From Eledone cirrhosa (Eukaryota): a DNA stretch of 64,000 nt. The position numbers and the translations under genes are program-made. A model generated the notes under the pieces. It saw only the letters and a list, made by a program, of their open reading frames with translations, was not told the DNA's origin and searched no databases. Shown one piece after another: positions 1 to 13,684 of this stretch; the first letter of the stretch is position 1, and the number at the start of each line of letters is the position of its first letter. The stretch is taken from positions 76,322,001-76,386,000 of the forward strand of contig OZ024741.1 of assembly GCA_964016885.1 (NCBI GenBank), given 5' to 3'.

Positions 1-226
1 ATCTACCTACATATCTACCTACACATCTACCTACATATCTACCTACACACCTACCTACACACCTACCTACACATCTACCTACACATCTACCTACATATCT
101 ACCTACACATCTACCTACATATCTACCTACTTATCTACCTACACACCTACCTACATATCTACCTACACACTTACCTACATATCTACCGACACACCTACCT
201 ACATATCTACCTACACACCTACCTAC
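1..226. repeat. 12-bp minisatellite (ACATATCTACCT/ACACACCTACCT)n
   Basis: Tandem 12-mer variants visible directly; runs off the window start. Confidence 0.95.
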
Positions 227-2796
227 CCGGTCTTTGCGAGACCTGGATGGACGAGCGATTCTTGAGCCTAAGCAGATGTGTGAGGCCTTTCAAAGGCACT
301 TTGACCGACTGTTCGGGAGGGGCGGGGAGCCGGTTGGGAACGTGGACTTCGGTCCATACCTCGACGGCCTGCCGCGCCTCTCGGACAGGGAGGCGAAGTC
401 CTGCGAGGAGCCGATTTCGGCCGCTGAGATAGAGGACGTGCTGAGCCAATGCGGCAAACGCAAATCCCCGGGTCTCGATGGTCTTCCTTACGAATTATAT
501 CTAGCTATGCCGGACTTGTTCCCCGATCTCCTCGAGGTGGTCTACTGCAACTGGCAACAGAACGGGAGAATTCCCTGTACTGTGACCAAGGGCGTAGTCA
601 CGCTAGTGAGGAAGGACGAGAACAAGGGGGACGAAATAAGTAACTTCAGGCCCATAACACTGCTAAATACAGAGTTACAGATTTTGGCCAAGGTGCTAGC
701 AAAGAGGTTGGTGCTTGTCGTGGGCAACCTGGTGGGAGATGCGCAGACATGCGCTATCCCGTCCAGGTCCATCCATGACAACCTCCACCTCATGCGATAC
801 ATCATAGAGAGGGTTGGGAACGAACCCGGCTTTGGTGGGGCTCTGATCAACTTGGATCAATCTAAGGCGTTCGATAGGGTCGACCATGGTTACCTGGATG
901 CGGTGCTAGCGGCGGCAGGCTTCGGACCCGTTTTCAGGGGCTGGATCACTGCTATGCACAGCAGCCGCATCTGCTCTAGGGTCAAGGTGAACGGCTACCT
1001 CTCGGAGCCGTTCAAAATCGCGCGGTCCATCCGACAAGGGTGCCCTCTCTCCTCCCTTCTGTATGTGTTGACTCTAGAGCCACTACTGCGGAAGTTGGAG
1101 TTGTTGCAGGGCATCCCTTTGGAACCGGGATTGCGGAAAGCGGTGTCGGCCTACGCCGATGACGTGACAGTAATGGTGTCGACGGCCTCCGAAATCGAGG
1201 CGGTCGGCACCTTACTGGAGGAGTACGAAAAGTTCACAGGGGCTAAGCTGAACCGGGACAAGTCGATCGGTTTGCAACTCGGCACGTGGAGGGGCAGACC
1301 GATGCCCTCCGATGGCGTCGTCGGACGCTGGACGGAGGGCCCGGTGAAGTTGCTCGGGGTCTGGTTCGGACCGGACCTCCAGGTGGAGAAAAACTGGGCG
1401 GAGGTTACGAACAGGGTGTTTGCACTGACCCAGAAGTGGGCCAGTTGCAAACTATCCCTGAAAGGTCGGGCGGAGGTGGCGAACACCTACATAGCGTCCG
1501 TCATCTACTACCGCCTGACCGTAGTGCCCTGCCCAAGGGAAACCCTCACCAAGATGGAGCGCGCGCTCTTCCAATTCCTTTGGAAGAGGCGGGCTCCTAT
1601 GGTGAGGAGATCCATCTGCTGTCAACACCCTTCGAAAGGAGGGCTGGGGATGCCGTGGCTAATGATGCGTAAACACGCATTAAGGCTACGGCACCTCTAC
1701 GTATTCCTCACCGGACAACCGGTGTGGGCCTCGTTTGTAAGACGAACCTTTCCCAGACTCGTCTCACTCACCGAGCTGCAATCCTGGGTCAAGCAAAGAC
1801 CGAGAAAACTGGGCGCCTGGCACACTGAGTGTGCCCAGGCGCTCACCGCCCTCTGGCAGGCGGATCCGGTTATCAGTGGAGACTCCACCGCAACATTCTA
1901 TAGAGGGCTGGTACGCAGCAGGTGCGACGACGCCCTCGGAGAAGCCCTAGACATGGAGGAGGACGAACTGGCCAGCCTGTTCGGTAGGACATTCAGCCCG
2001 GGACCTATGGACAACTTCCAGAAGTCCCTGGCCTGGCAGTGCTACCGAGGGGCTTTACCCGTTCGAGAAAGGCTCTACAGACACGGGCGCCCGGGTAGGG
2101 ACCCCGCCAAAAAGAACTGTCCCAGATGCGTGTGCGACGAGGAAACCGTTGCACACGCATTGGTACACTGCTCGGGCGTAGCCGATCTGTGGGGCTATGT
2201 CGAACAACTGCTGTCAAGGGTGGGACCGATCCGGTTGACCACCGAGTCTATTGTAATGATCAAGCCGCCTCCCCCCTTCAAAGATGAAGCAGAGGCGGTG
2301 TTTCTGTGCGTAATAGCCATGGCGAAAGAGGTTGTATGGTGGACGCGTCTGAAAGGACTGAGGTCAGGCACCTTTCTCTCTGGCCAACAACTGGTCCGTT
2401 TCTTCCGATATCATTTCGGAAGAAGGATCAGGATGGAGAGAGAGGTGCTGCACCCCAGCCGTTTCTATGAAAGATGGGTGAAAGTGGCGAGAATGGCCCG
2501 TGTGAATGGGCCTTCACTCTACATCAGACTATAGGTGAGGAAGATGAAAGACCAAGGGAGCACCCCTTCTCTGTGCTCCTGAGGAGAAGGGTTGCACACT
2601 TTTTTCGGGGGTGTGTGCGACCCCCCAAGGCGCCTCCTCTCTATTGAGGATTTTGTTAAAAATTTTATTTTTTGTTATATCTTATTTTATTTTTATATTT
2701 TGTTATTGCCTCCTCCTTATTGAGGACGCCTTTTTGTGTAAACTCCCCCCTTTGTACTTGTCCCACTTTTGATGCCCTAGTGGCAAATAAAAGAAA
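227..2796 (+). mobile_element. 5'-truncated L1/Tx1-clade non-LTR retrotransposon (RT + C-terminal zinc knuckle + 3'UTR)
   Basis: Uninterrupted 766-aa frame 234-2534 with KSPGLDG, NFRPITLLN, LDQSKAFDRV, IRQGCPLS, YADD and CPRC-x8-H-x4-C; open to the minisatellite junction with no real ATG; 3'UTR ends AATAAAAGAAA at 2796. Confidence 0.92.
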
Positions 2797-3898
2797 CATA
2801 TCTACCTAAATATCTACCTACATATCTACCTACACACCTACCTACATATCTACCTACATATCTACCTACCTACATATCTACCTACACATCTACCTACACA
2901 CCTACCTACACATCTACCTACATATCTACCTACTTATCTACCTACACATCTACCTACACACCTACCTACACACCTACCTACACATCTACCTACACACCTA
3001 CCTACATATCTACCTACATATCTACCTACACATCTACCTACACACCTACCTACACACCTACCTACACATCTACCTACACACCTACCTACATATCTACCTA
3101 CATATCTACCTACACACCTACCTACACATCTACCTACTTATCTACCTACACACCTACCTACATATCTACCTACACACTTACCTACATATCTACCTACACA
3201 CCTACCTACATATCTACCTACATATCTACCTACACATCTACCTACATATCTACCTACTCATCTACCTACACATCTACCTACATATCTACCTACACATCTA
3301 CCTACACACCTACCTACATATCTACCTACATATCTACCTACATATCTACCTACATATCTACCTACACACCTACCTACATATCTACCTACATATCTACCTA
3401 CACATCTACCTACATATCTACCTACACATCTACCTACATATCTACCTACTTATCTACCTACACATCTACCTACACACCTACCTACACATCTACCTACATA
3501 TCTACCTACATATCTACCTACATATCTACCTACACACCTACCTACACACCTACCTACATATCTACCTACACACCTACCTACATATCTACCTACATATCTA
3601 CCTACTTATCTACCTACATATCTACCTACATATCTACCTACATATCTACCTACACACCTACCTACATATCTACCTACATATCTACCTACATATCTACCTA
3701 CATATCTACCTACACACCTACCTACATATCTACCTACATATCTACCTACATATCTACCTACATATCTACCTACACACCTACCTACATATCTACCTACATA
3801 TCTACCTACATATCTCCCTACATATCTACCTACACACCTACCTACATATCTACCTACATATCTACCTACACACCTACCTACATATCTACCTACATATC
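2797..3898. repeat. 12-bp minisatellite array (~1.1 kb)
   Basis: Same 12-mer unit as 1-226. Confidence 0.95.
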
Positions 3899-6190
3899 TG
3901 GTTTTCAGGACAATCTCAAATGCATAAAAAAAACCAGCTCAACTATCTCAGAGTGAGAATGAGCTAGTATTAAGGAACCACATGGATAACATTTTATTTA
4001 TTCAGAAAGCCAAACTTTTCGGCAGCATCTCGGTGCTAATGAAAAACAACATAACAGCACAAAAATATTCCATCGCGTCCATTGTGTCCACCCATTTGAC
4101 ATTTTTCCTTACATACATGGGAAAAAGAACGCAAAAAATAAAAATTACATGTATAAGACTCAAAGTAGATATTTGGTGGATACTTTATGGCCTAATTGAC
4201 TTTGAACAAGACACTTTGATCTCAGTAGGAAAATCCTCCAGAGATATATTTAGTGGGACTAGCGTCGAAATTCTGGTGCAGATGAGCCCAGAACGTATAA
4301 TGAAAATCCCACAGAGAGTACCTCTGGATGGACAGACCTACATAAACATTTCGGTTGAGGGTAGGCGGTCCGCATGTTACCACTGCGCAAGCAGAGGTCA
4401 CCTAAGGGCTGCCTGTCCTCAATTGACAAAATAAAAACCACTTTTACCAACACCACAAATAACAACACAACCACCACCACTACCACCACGACAAGAAAAA
4501 ACAACAGAGAACACTATCCCACCCAACCCCTCCCCACCCAAAACAAATACAAAAACACACACAGACACTACAGAACCCCAAAACATACTCCTACCCATCA
4601 ACACGGATGAGGAACCCCTATCGACGGCACCCAGCGGCGATGAGGAGGAACCCTTCCAACCCGTGAAAAGAATAAAAAGAAAGAACCGCATGAACAAAAA
4701 CGAAACAAACACACAAACACCAGCACAAACAGCACAAAAATCACAAACAAAAGTTCCCCCTCCCGAAAACAAAACACCCACAACAAAGAGAAAACACACG
4801 CAGGAACCACAGACAAAAACAAACACAACAGGAAAAGTACACATACACTTACATAAATGAAGAAAATAGAACACTGATGGAGACCATCAGAAACAACCCT
4901 TTGGTCAAAACCGAAGAGAAAACTTTGGATAGCTCCAACAAAAACAAAAAAAGGAACCTAAAACTGATCAGGGTCCCTATAGGAACTTATAGATCCCTAA
5001 AAGAAACATTTGTAGAGGACGTGGGGAATTCCTGCGTGAAACCAATCAACCGCGTCCTCTACAAAGGCCTCCCCACCACAGGCACCCCCACCCAAGTCAT
5101 CCCCACCCCACCAGACACCCCTTCCCCACCAAACACCTCCGTCCCCACCCCGCCAGAAACCACCATCCCACCCAACAACCCATCCCCCACCCTCATGGAA
5201 ATTGTGCAGCCCGATACCCGGGACGCAGAGAGGTAAGTGCCTTTTCTCTAAACCACCAACATGGCTATGCTAAGAGTAAGCTGTCTAAATGCGCGTGGCC
5301 TGGGCTCAACTTGGAAGCAAGCAATGCTTCTAAATGACCTCAGATCACAACGTATAGATGTGATGGTTATTTGCGAGGCCCGGATCAGCAACGTGTGACA
5401 GCTGGCCCCCGCCTTTGATGACTTTGAGATGCACGCATCTCTCTGTCAGCCCGGTGGTGGGGGTGGGGTTGTCGTTCTGCTGCAAAAACATCTGGGTCTC
5501 GCAACACAGACGGTACATTTGGACCCGGAGGGTCGACTAGTGGTTCTGGACCTTGGCAGTGGTGAAGGCGGAGCGTTTAGGTTGGTAGCCGCCTACGGCC
5601 CTTTCGGGTCAATGCGGCCGGACTTTTTCCATCGTCTGGAGACTTTTCTAGGGACGTCCCGCTCCTTGCTATTAGTGGGGGACTGGAATGGTATCCTAGA
5701 TGCACGCTGGGACTACGTAGGGGCCTGTCTCGATAGAGAGGGGTGTAATAGCCTCAAAGGGTTAATCGGTTGATTTGACCTGGCCGATAGATATCGACTA
5801 AATTTTCCGACTGCGCCAACCTGGACTTGGGCAAATCGCAGCGGATCATCTAGGTCGTACCTAGATAGGTTCTTAGTTAGAAATAAGATAAGGACTTTTT
5901 AAGTGTCCAAAAATGCGCATGGTTGGCTATTCAGACCACAAGTTAGTGAGCTGCATGGTCAACCTTGACAGAACGCATAGACAGGAACCCAGTTACTGGA
6001 AGCTCAACTTGTCCTTACCGGCAAGTAAGGCTTACAGGGACCGGATTAGCACTTTAGTTAAGGAGTGGTTGACGGGCGCCATCGTCAACAGCAGGTGGTG
6101 GGGATCTCTCAAAAGAGAGATTAGAGTAGTCTCTATAGAATTTAGTAAGGAGTTAGCCTCAAATAGAAATAGGAAGAAAAGGGAGTTGGT
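3899..6190 (+). mobile_element. Decayed 5' half of an L1/Tx1-like LINE: ORF1 (gag-type knuckle) + APE endonuclease part of ORF2
   Basis: CYHCASRGHLRAAC (CX2CX4HX4C) in 3982-4434; ORF2 starts at ATG 5261 (MAMLRVSCLNARGL) with GDWN, YLDRFLV, SDHK and YWKLN motifs, broken by stops and a frameshift; ends abruptly in the minisatellite at ~6190. Confidence 0.85.
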
Positions 6191-6300
6191 ATCTACATAT
6201 CTACCTACACACCTACCTACATATCTACCCACTTACCTACATATCCTCCTTTATACATACTTATCTATCTACCCACCTACCTACACATACACACATACTT
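6191..6300. repeat. Degenerate tail of the 12-bp minisatellite
   Basis: ATCTACATATCTACCTACACACCTACC... resumes right after the endonuclease fragment. Confidence 0.85.
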
Positions 6301-6833
6301 ATCAGCATTATCCTTTTTATGTTTGTTTTTCTGTGCCTGTATGAGTTGAATGGGTCTTTTACAGCACAGCCTCCATCTGTTGCATTTCTTCTTCATTATC
6401 TACCCTGTCAGGTTCAGCATCTTGAGATCTATTCGGACCCCTATCATCTCTACTCGGACCCTTATCATCTTCCTCTACTACCATAATGATCATCATGCAT
6501 ACACTCCATTCTATCTCTTCCCTTGCACACTACACTTGATTCCGCTTATACCAAGTTTTTCTCTCAGGTCATTCATGCTTTGCCATTCATGCACACTAAT
6601 ATCGCATATCTATTGAAGAATGCTTGCTTCATTTCTCTCATGCCTTCACATATTCTCTGCATTTACTGCCCATGTTTCACTCCCATGCAACATGACACTT
6701 TGCACACAGGCATCATACAGCAGGCTTTTTATTCATAGAAGGAAACCTTACTTCATTACATCTGTTGTATAAAGATCACTACCTACACACATACACACCT
6801 ACTTATTTACATCATTACATATCTCTATTGTAG

Positions 6834-6880
6834 AAAGTCCTCAAGATCTAATGGTAAATAACCAATCAGATCGAGATGGG
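6834..6880 (+). CDS. EPS8: EPS8-family exon (xSPQDLMVNNQSDRDG)
   Basis: TAG acceptor, GTGAGT donor, 47 nt ending in phase 0; the DRD motif precedes QLLNH as in EPS8 (DRDVQILNH). Confidence 0.7.
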
Positions 6881-8690
6881 GTGAGTTTTTCTTTTCTTGA
6901 TTTATTTTTTATTATTTATTTTTTTTCGTGGTTTCTGTGAGTTTGATGAGAGGATGAGTGACATCGATATGGATATTAACAATCAACATTTTTGTCGTCG
7001 TCATCATTTTACATCCACTTTCTGTACTGGCTTGGGTTGGATGGGTTGCATGTTGCAGCGACCTCATCCTGCTCCTATGTTCCATATTTAGATTAGTTTC
7101 TATGGTTGGATGCCCTTCCTAATGCCAACTATTTAGTGTGTACTGGGTGCTTTTTTTTCATGATACTATCACCTTATAGAGTGCACTGAATGTGGTTTTA
7201 CATGGCACTAGCACTTTACAGGGTGTACTACATGTATTATATTGTGGCACCTGCACTAGAGAGGTTGTCACGCTCCCTCGTCAAGACAGAAGCATGGGGG
7301 CTTAATTAACAGCCAGAAATTGATAGTTCAGGGGATTTTAGTGGATGGTTACCCCTGCAAGAAATCTGAACTTTACAATTTGTCCAAATAAGCAATTTCC
7401 AACCTAGAGTCTGCAGATACTCTGGGGTCCATAAGATAAGTTCAAAATTTTAAGTACTTTGTAAACAAAATTGGCAGACTTACAAGGCATTGGGAAATCT
7501 GAAATTTGAAAATATAGTCGACACAATGCAGATAGCTATAATAATAGTTGATAACTATTATTATAGTTATCTGCATTGTGGTGAACCACAGGTCAAGATG
7601 TTCATTAATATGCAATTGAGGTAATTAACGTAATTAGTTAAACTTTAACTGGTTTTATTACTTGCTGTCTGTTGCTCTATTTGCAAGTTTTACAAAGATC
7701 TGTTTATACCACCTCTTAGTGATAGTTATTCAATGTTATTTGAGTCATATTTTTTTCTGTTGATTTTAACAATTAACCCTGTAGCATTTTGCATTATTCA
7801 GTCAAAAAGGACATAGTGCTAAAAGGGTTATGATGGTTCATACATTAAAAAAAAGGAAAGAAACTATGTTCTACAATATAATACTGTTTGATTTAGATTG
7901 TTTATATTTATTTAAAACCTTCCATCATAATTTTATGTTATACCTTTGTTGTTGTGTTCCAAATATCAGCTTAATAATGAGATATATTACTAAATCCTTT
8001 TAATTCTTTCATGACTGTACATCTAAGGAAATACATTCTATTTCAATTAATTAATGAAGAAATTTGAGGGATTTACTAAAATAAATTATTTCATTATTAA
8101 AATAGTAACTTAACATGGTTCTTATATAAAATTATGTTGGAAGATTTTGATTTAAATAGGAATCTTTAAAATGGGTGGTTTTGTTTCACTTATCAGGGCC
8201 AGTATTGGTTAGGTTGATATCAAAAGTGTTAAATTCTTGATTATTGACAAAATTATTTAAAAACCATAGGCATTGTATTTTGTTATAAATATAGTCATGA
8301 AATAGTCTAACATTTGATATTAACTCTTTCATTACCGTATTTCTAATAAAAGACACTGGTTTTCAAATCATTTTGAAAATAATCAAGAATCTAGAAGAAT
8401 TTCCCATTATTAAGCTGTTGTTTGGACACAATGTAATTAGACATTGCCATTATAGACTCAGCTTTTCATTTTAGTCAAGAATACTTATCCTCATCTTCAT
8501 TAGCAAAATGACGTTTGGAACATAACTTAACAAACGTTCTTACAATAAAATTATGAAGGAAGTTTTGTAGATGAATATAAACACTTTAAAACAAGCAGTT
8601 TTGCTTCGTGAAAACCAGGGGCAATTTCAGGCTGTTTGGTATCAAAAGGGTCACAAATATTTACTGTAATTTTTGGTCAACATTTTCCAG

Positions 8691-8826
8691 CAATTGTTGA
8701 ATCACTGCTTTGATGATATTGAGAAATTTGTGGCAAGATTACAGAAGGCGGCAGAATCCTTCAAGGAACTGGAACGGATGAAAAAAGATAAAGGATCGAA
8801 AGACAAAAAAGGACGACAAGAATTAG
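8691..8826 (+). CDS. EPS8: EPS8-family exon ([45 protein letters not shown])
   Basis: CAG/GTGAGT boundaries; matches the EPS8 QILNHILDDIE..LQKAAEAF motif. Confidence 0.92.
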
Positions 8827-9150
8827 GTGAGTCATTTTAATGCAGGGTTTTTTTTAGCCGGGAATCCTGACATTAAGAAAAAATCTACAAAAATAAACAA
8901 GTCAAGATAACAATCTTGGTATGTTTGGTTGAAATACATGCAGCTCTTACTGTGGGTCACAGTATAAGAAAGGTTTGAAAAATACTTTGTGCATGTGTGT
9001 GTGTGTGTGCAGTTGTGTGCCTGTGTGTTTATGTGCATGTGCGTTTATATGTCTGTGTATATGTGTTTATATCTTTGTGTTAAGTGTCTTTGTGTGTGTT
9101 ATGTCTATGTTTATGATGTCATATTCTCAAACTCTTTCATCCTATTACAG

Positions 9151-9239
9151 AAGAGAGACTGTACATGAGTTCTCTACCACCCAAATCGCAGGATTTTAGG
9201 GATATATTTCAGAAATTCAAACTGTCCTTCAACTTATTG
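9151..9239 (+). CDS. EPS8: EPS8-family exon (EERLYMSSLPPKSQDFRDIFQKFKLSFNLL)
   Basis: CAG/GTAAG boundaries, phase-compatible; FQKFK..FNLL motif of the EGFR-binding region. Confidence 0.92.
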
Positions 9240-10228
9240 GTAAGACATTTTTTTTTTCCTTATATAGGGTGTTTGCTTATTTTCATTTTCAAATTTTTAA
9301 AGATTTTTTTTATTTCCTTCTCATAATAAAGTACCAATCATATATTAAAGATCAATATAACCAGTTACCTCCAACTTCATGTCTTATATTCATGTTAGAA
9401 CTTACTACTACTACTCCAGTGGATTGGCAGAATGGTTAGAGCGTCAGACAAATTTTTATGGTATTTGTTCTGGTTCTTTATATTCGGAGTTCAAATTCTG
9501 CCAAGATCAATTTAATCGACTTACACCTTTCCCCAAATTTCTAGCATTATGCTTAAATTATTATTATTATTTTGTTTCATTCTTTTGTTGAAATGTATTA
9601 CAGATGTCTCTCGTAAGTTTGTTGTTATTCCATTGTTAGCCAACATTTTGTTTGAACATTTAATATTGTTTTAGAGTTAAACTAACCTGTATCTTGAGCT
9701 GGTTAATTTTTCTCTACCTGTAGCCCTTAGTGGCTAAACCTGTGTTTGTTTTCCATACACAGCCCTCAATGTTTAGTCAAAATAAGATGGTACACAACAA
9801 AATTTCTTTTGCTGAATTCAACAGCAAGCTGTCTGCAAGACAGAACAGCCAGCTCTCCACCAACATCACCACTACCACTTCAGACAGTAGCAACAAAAAC
9901 AATACTAACACAAACACTGCCACCATCACTACAACTACCAACACCGTGGCCACCACTTCAACAACAAAAAATATTACTGAAACAAAAAACACTATATTAA
10001 AGTCTAATTAAAGTCTTTACTCCAATATTGCACTGTGGTCTGTTCATAAAGACGATATAAACATTTGTATTAACAAAACTTTTCTTTTAGATATTTTCTG
10101 TAAACTTATTGTAGGATGTTAAGAGTTAATTTTTCCTCCCTACAAAATTGCTAGCCTTGTGTCTAAATTATAAGCCATTATTTCTTATTTACTCATGTCT
10201 AAAATAATATTTTGCTTCATTGTTTCAG

Positions 10229-10467
10229 GCCAAGCTAAAAGGTCACATACATGATCCAAATGCCCCAGAACTTGTACATTTTATCTTTACACCTCTCAGT
10301 CTGATCTATGAGGCAAGCCGAGATAAAACACATGGTGACTACAATATAGCTGCTAATGTATATTCTCCAATGCTCACAGCAGAAGCAAAAGAACTTCTTC
10401 TTAACTGCTTGACATCTAAAGAAGTAGATTTATGGATGTCTTTTGGTGCTGCATGGACTACAAGTCG
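10229..10467 (+). CDS. EPS8: EPS8-family exon (AKLKGHIHDPNAPELVHFIFTPL...LWMSFGAAWTTSR)
   Basis: CAG/GTAAG boundaries; strong match to EPS8 [23 protein letters not shown]...LWMSLGGTW. Confidence 0.95.
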
Positions 10468-11599
10468 GTAAGGTTTATTTTCTTTACTACAAAAGTCACT
10501 ACAGTGTATATTAACTATGATATAGTTGAATAATATTAGGGATGTAACCCATTGAGATGGAAAAAATGAAGAGAATCACCTGTGGTAACACGGCCTGCCA
10601 GCATATGGAGTGTTTTGGTTCATTTCCTATAGGCAATTCTGTTCACTTTTTCCATCTTAAGCGGTTATATCCCCAATTTTATTCAACCATGTTGTAGTTA
10701 GTATGTGTTGTTGTAGCCTATGCATCAAGCAAAATACTCTTAAATTTCAATCTTACTACATGCTCCTCAAGCCTTGCATTCTTTACATACACACATAATC
10801 AACATCATTATTTCACATCTGCTTTTCCAGCACAGAATCCCTCCACTCATTGCCTTCTTTCATCTTCTCTGTCAGCTTCAGCGATTTGAGATCAGATCTT
10901 ACAACTTCCACCCAGGTCTTCCTTGGTCTTTATCTTCTGCTGCTTCCTTCTATTGCAGAGATAGAGACAGATAAATATATATATATATATAGAGAGAGAG
11001 AGAAATAACATATAGAAAGAGACAGGCGACACCATTTATGGAGTATGCTCATTCTTTTATGAATGAAAGCATTTTAGAACATTAATCACCCATTCTCTTT
11101 TTTTTTTGTCTTACATTTGAGTTTCATGAATTCTGAATAAAATTTTGAGAATGTTTTGATAAATTATACTGTTCATACCATAGTTTGTGAAGTTATTATC
11201 TAGATTAAAAACAAATTCATTCAGACAAGTAACCACAACATCCCTCAAACCCTTCTCCTTCTCTGTTCTACCTGTCACCCTTTCCATGCACATTCAATAC
11301 TTCTCTTCATTCTGAATCTCAACCACTTACTCTTTGACTTCCTTACCTCCACCAAACTCCTTAAGCTTAATTTTCACCTTCATTCCATCATCACAGTGTC
11401 CACCACCCTACCAGCACACTCTCATGCACTTCAACACCAACACTCAACTTCCTATTTTTCCTTTCACATTTTTCAGCTTCCACTCACACCAGCAGCACAC
11501 CTCCCTCCCACTTCTAACTCTATGTGGCTGTCTTATCGTCTCCACATGCAATTGTCCAATAGAACTGGTTTTGACTTTCCTGGACTCCATTTTTTAACC

Positions 11600-12935
11600 T
11601 CTGGTAGCCTCCCTGCAATCCCACATCTCTGACACCATGCCCTCTGTCTCTTTGCTGTCTTCATTTTTCAATCTGGCTTAGAACCCTACTCTTCACCCTC
11701 GATGTTAAGTCCCTATATACTGTCATCCCACACACCGAGGGCCTTTTCACCCACCACCATTTCCTTGACCTTTATCAATTGCCTCAACCATTCACCTGGC
11801 TGAGCTGGTCCTCATTCTCAACTGTTTCTTTCTTTGGTGAAATATACCAACAGACGACAAGAGTGGCCATGGGCACAAGAATGGGCCCCTGCTACACCAA
11901 CTTATTCATCGGCTATGTTGAGGCCCCCATCTTTTCCCAATAAACCAGCCCCACATCCGAGCTATACAGACATTACATTCACAGCTTCATTGACACCACA
12001 TCACTCATCTGAGTACAGCATGACTCCTTCTGTTTCTTCCACCCCTCCCTTGATTTCACCACCTCTATCTCCACCATTTCTGTCCACTTCCTGCATATCT
12101 CTGTTTCCATTGACCATTCCAATCACTCACTCATCACAACTACCTCAACTTTACCCCCTCACATCCCACCCACACCAAACACTCCATCCCCTACTCCCAA
12201 TTCCTTTGTCTCTGCCGTCTGCAGTTGAGGCTCTGGCTTATTACATGGCTAAATTCTTCACCCAGCTAGGATATCCCTCTACCCTGATACAAGCTGCCCT
12301 CATTCGTGCCCATGGAGTCGACTGCACTCTTCTCTTACACCATGCTACCCCACCATCATCTAGATACCATTTTTCTTTACCTACCACCCTTCCACCTTGT
12401 CCCTTCAGAGGACAATCCTCCACTTCTTCCGCGGCCTCCAGTTGGATCCCTCCACCTCTCCCATTTTCCCCTTCCCACCCCTCCTCTCTTTTAAATATGC
12501 ACACAACATTAAGAACCTTCTCGTTTGCAATTTCATCCCTCCTTCCAACTCCTCTCCTTGATCCCTTCCCTACTCCCAACTATGCTGCCACACATGCAGC
12601 TTCATTATCCCCACCACCACCCACATCAGACCTAATGGCCATCTTTTCATGTTAGGGACTCTTTTTGTTGCACTTCAACTAGCCTTGTCTATGGGCTCTG
12701 GTACACACTATGTGGTGCCAATTAAATTAGTCACACTGGCCAACAGATTTGCTGAACATCTGCCAGACATCTGGATTGGCAACTCATCCTTAGTGGCCCA
12801 ACATTTCTGTTCTTCCAGTCATTCCATGTGTCAGCTCATTGTGTTCAGGCTTGCACTACCAGTGTGAACAAGGGTATAATTTTATTCTTAATACCTCTAC
12901 CCCCATTGCCATAATGCACCTCCCCTCTTCCTGAT
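11600..12935 (+). mobile_element. Decayed Penelope-like retroelement
   Basis: Frameshifted pieces LFTLDVKSLYTVIPH (~11685), GVAMGTRMGPCYTNLFIGYVE (~11860), FFTQLGYPSTLI, and LANRFAEH from the GIY-YIG region; boundaries approximate. Confidence 0.8.
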
Positions 12936-13551
12936 ATCTGCTCTTCACACCCCATCCAGTACCATCCCTCATCCATGCACCCACACTGAAATACTCACAC
13001 ACACATAGATACCATACACATACAACAAAATAGCTCTAATATACTAATTAATAAACCTACACATAGAAACACACACACATCAGCACATATACACGTTGTA
13101 TTTTGTTGCCTTGACAACTGTAACTGACTTTCATTTCAAAATTAGCTAGTCCACCTAAGTTACATGTCATTTTAACAATACTTTTTGTAACAAATTTTCT
13201 TTTATATATTATATACACCAACAAATCACACTCATACACAGTGCTTATACAGCCAGGCACACTTAGACACCTTCACAAACTATGTATAGAACTTCCCACC
13301 TATATATGCAGTGATACACACAAAAAATGTATAACAATTACACACGCTCAACCCTTTTTCTAATTTTTATATTTTTTCCCTTAAAAAATGTTGTTCTTTC
13401 CACTGTACTCTCCTGACAAAGCGCAAAAATCCAATAAATTGAATGCCTTTTTCTCTCTTTCATCTAAGCGTGAACTTAATAACATTAATTCTTTTGTATC
13501 TCTGTTTGCCTTTTAAAATATATATACATATATATATGATATTTATTACAG

Positions 13552-13684
13552 GGAAGATTTCAAATCATATGTGGAGCCATACACACCTCGTTTCTATAAT
13601 GGCTGGCACCCAACAACAATGCTAGATGACTATAAACCACCACAACCACAACCACATGGAATACCTAAAAACCAACCATCAATG
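13552..13684 (+). CDS. EPS8: EPS8-family exon (EDFKSYVEPYTPRFYNGWHPTTMLDDYKPPQPQPHGIPKNQPSM)
   Basis: CAG/GTACGT boundaries, phase 2 to 0; PYxPRFxNGW motif of EPS8. Confidence 0.92.

Noticed and set aside
234-236. Start codon of the 766-aa ORF
   Set aside because: It is a TTG within a frame open to the truncation junction; not a true start, and the endonuclease domain is missing.
9730-10011. Thr/Asn-rich ORF between EPS8 exons
   Set aside because: Low-complexity CAA/CAC tract; the flanking exons already join across a conserved motif (FNLL|AKLK).
11834-12655. 273-aa Pro/Ser-rich ORF as a host protein
   Set aside because: Mostly an off-frame reading of a frameshifted Penelope element.
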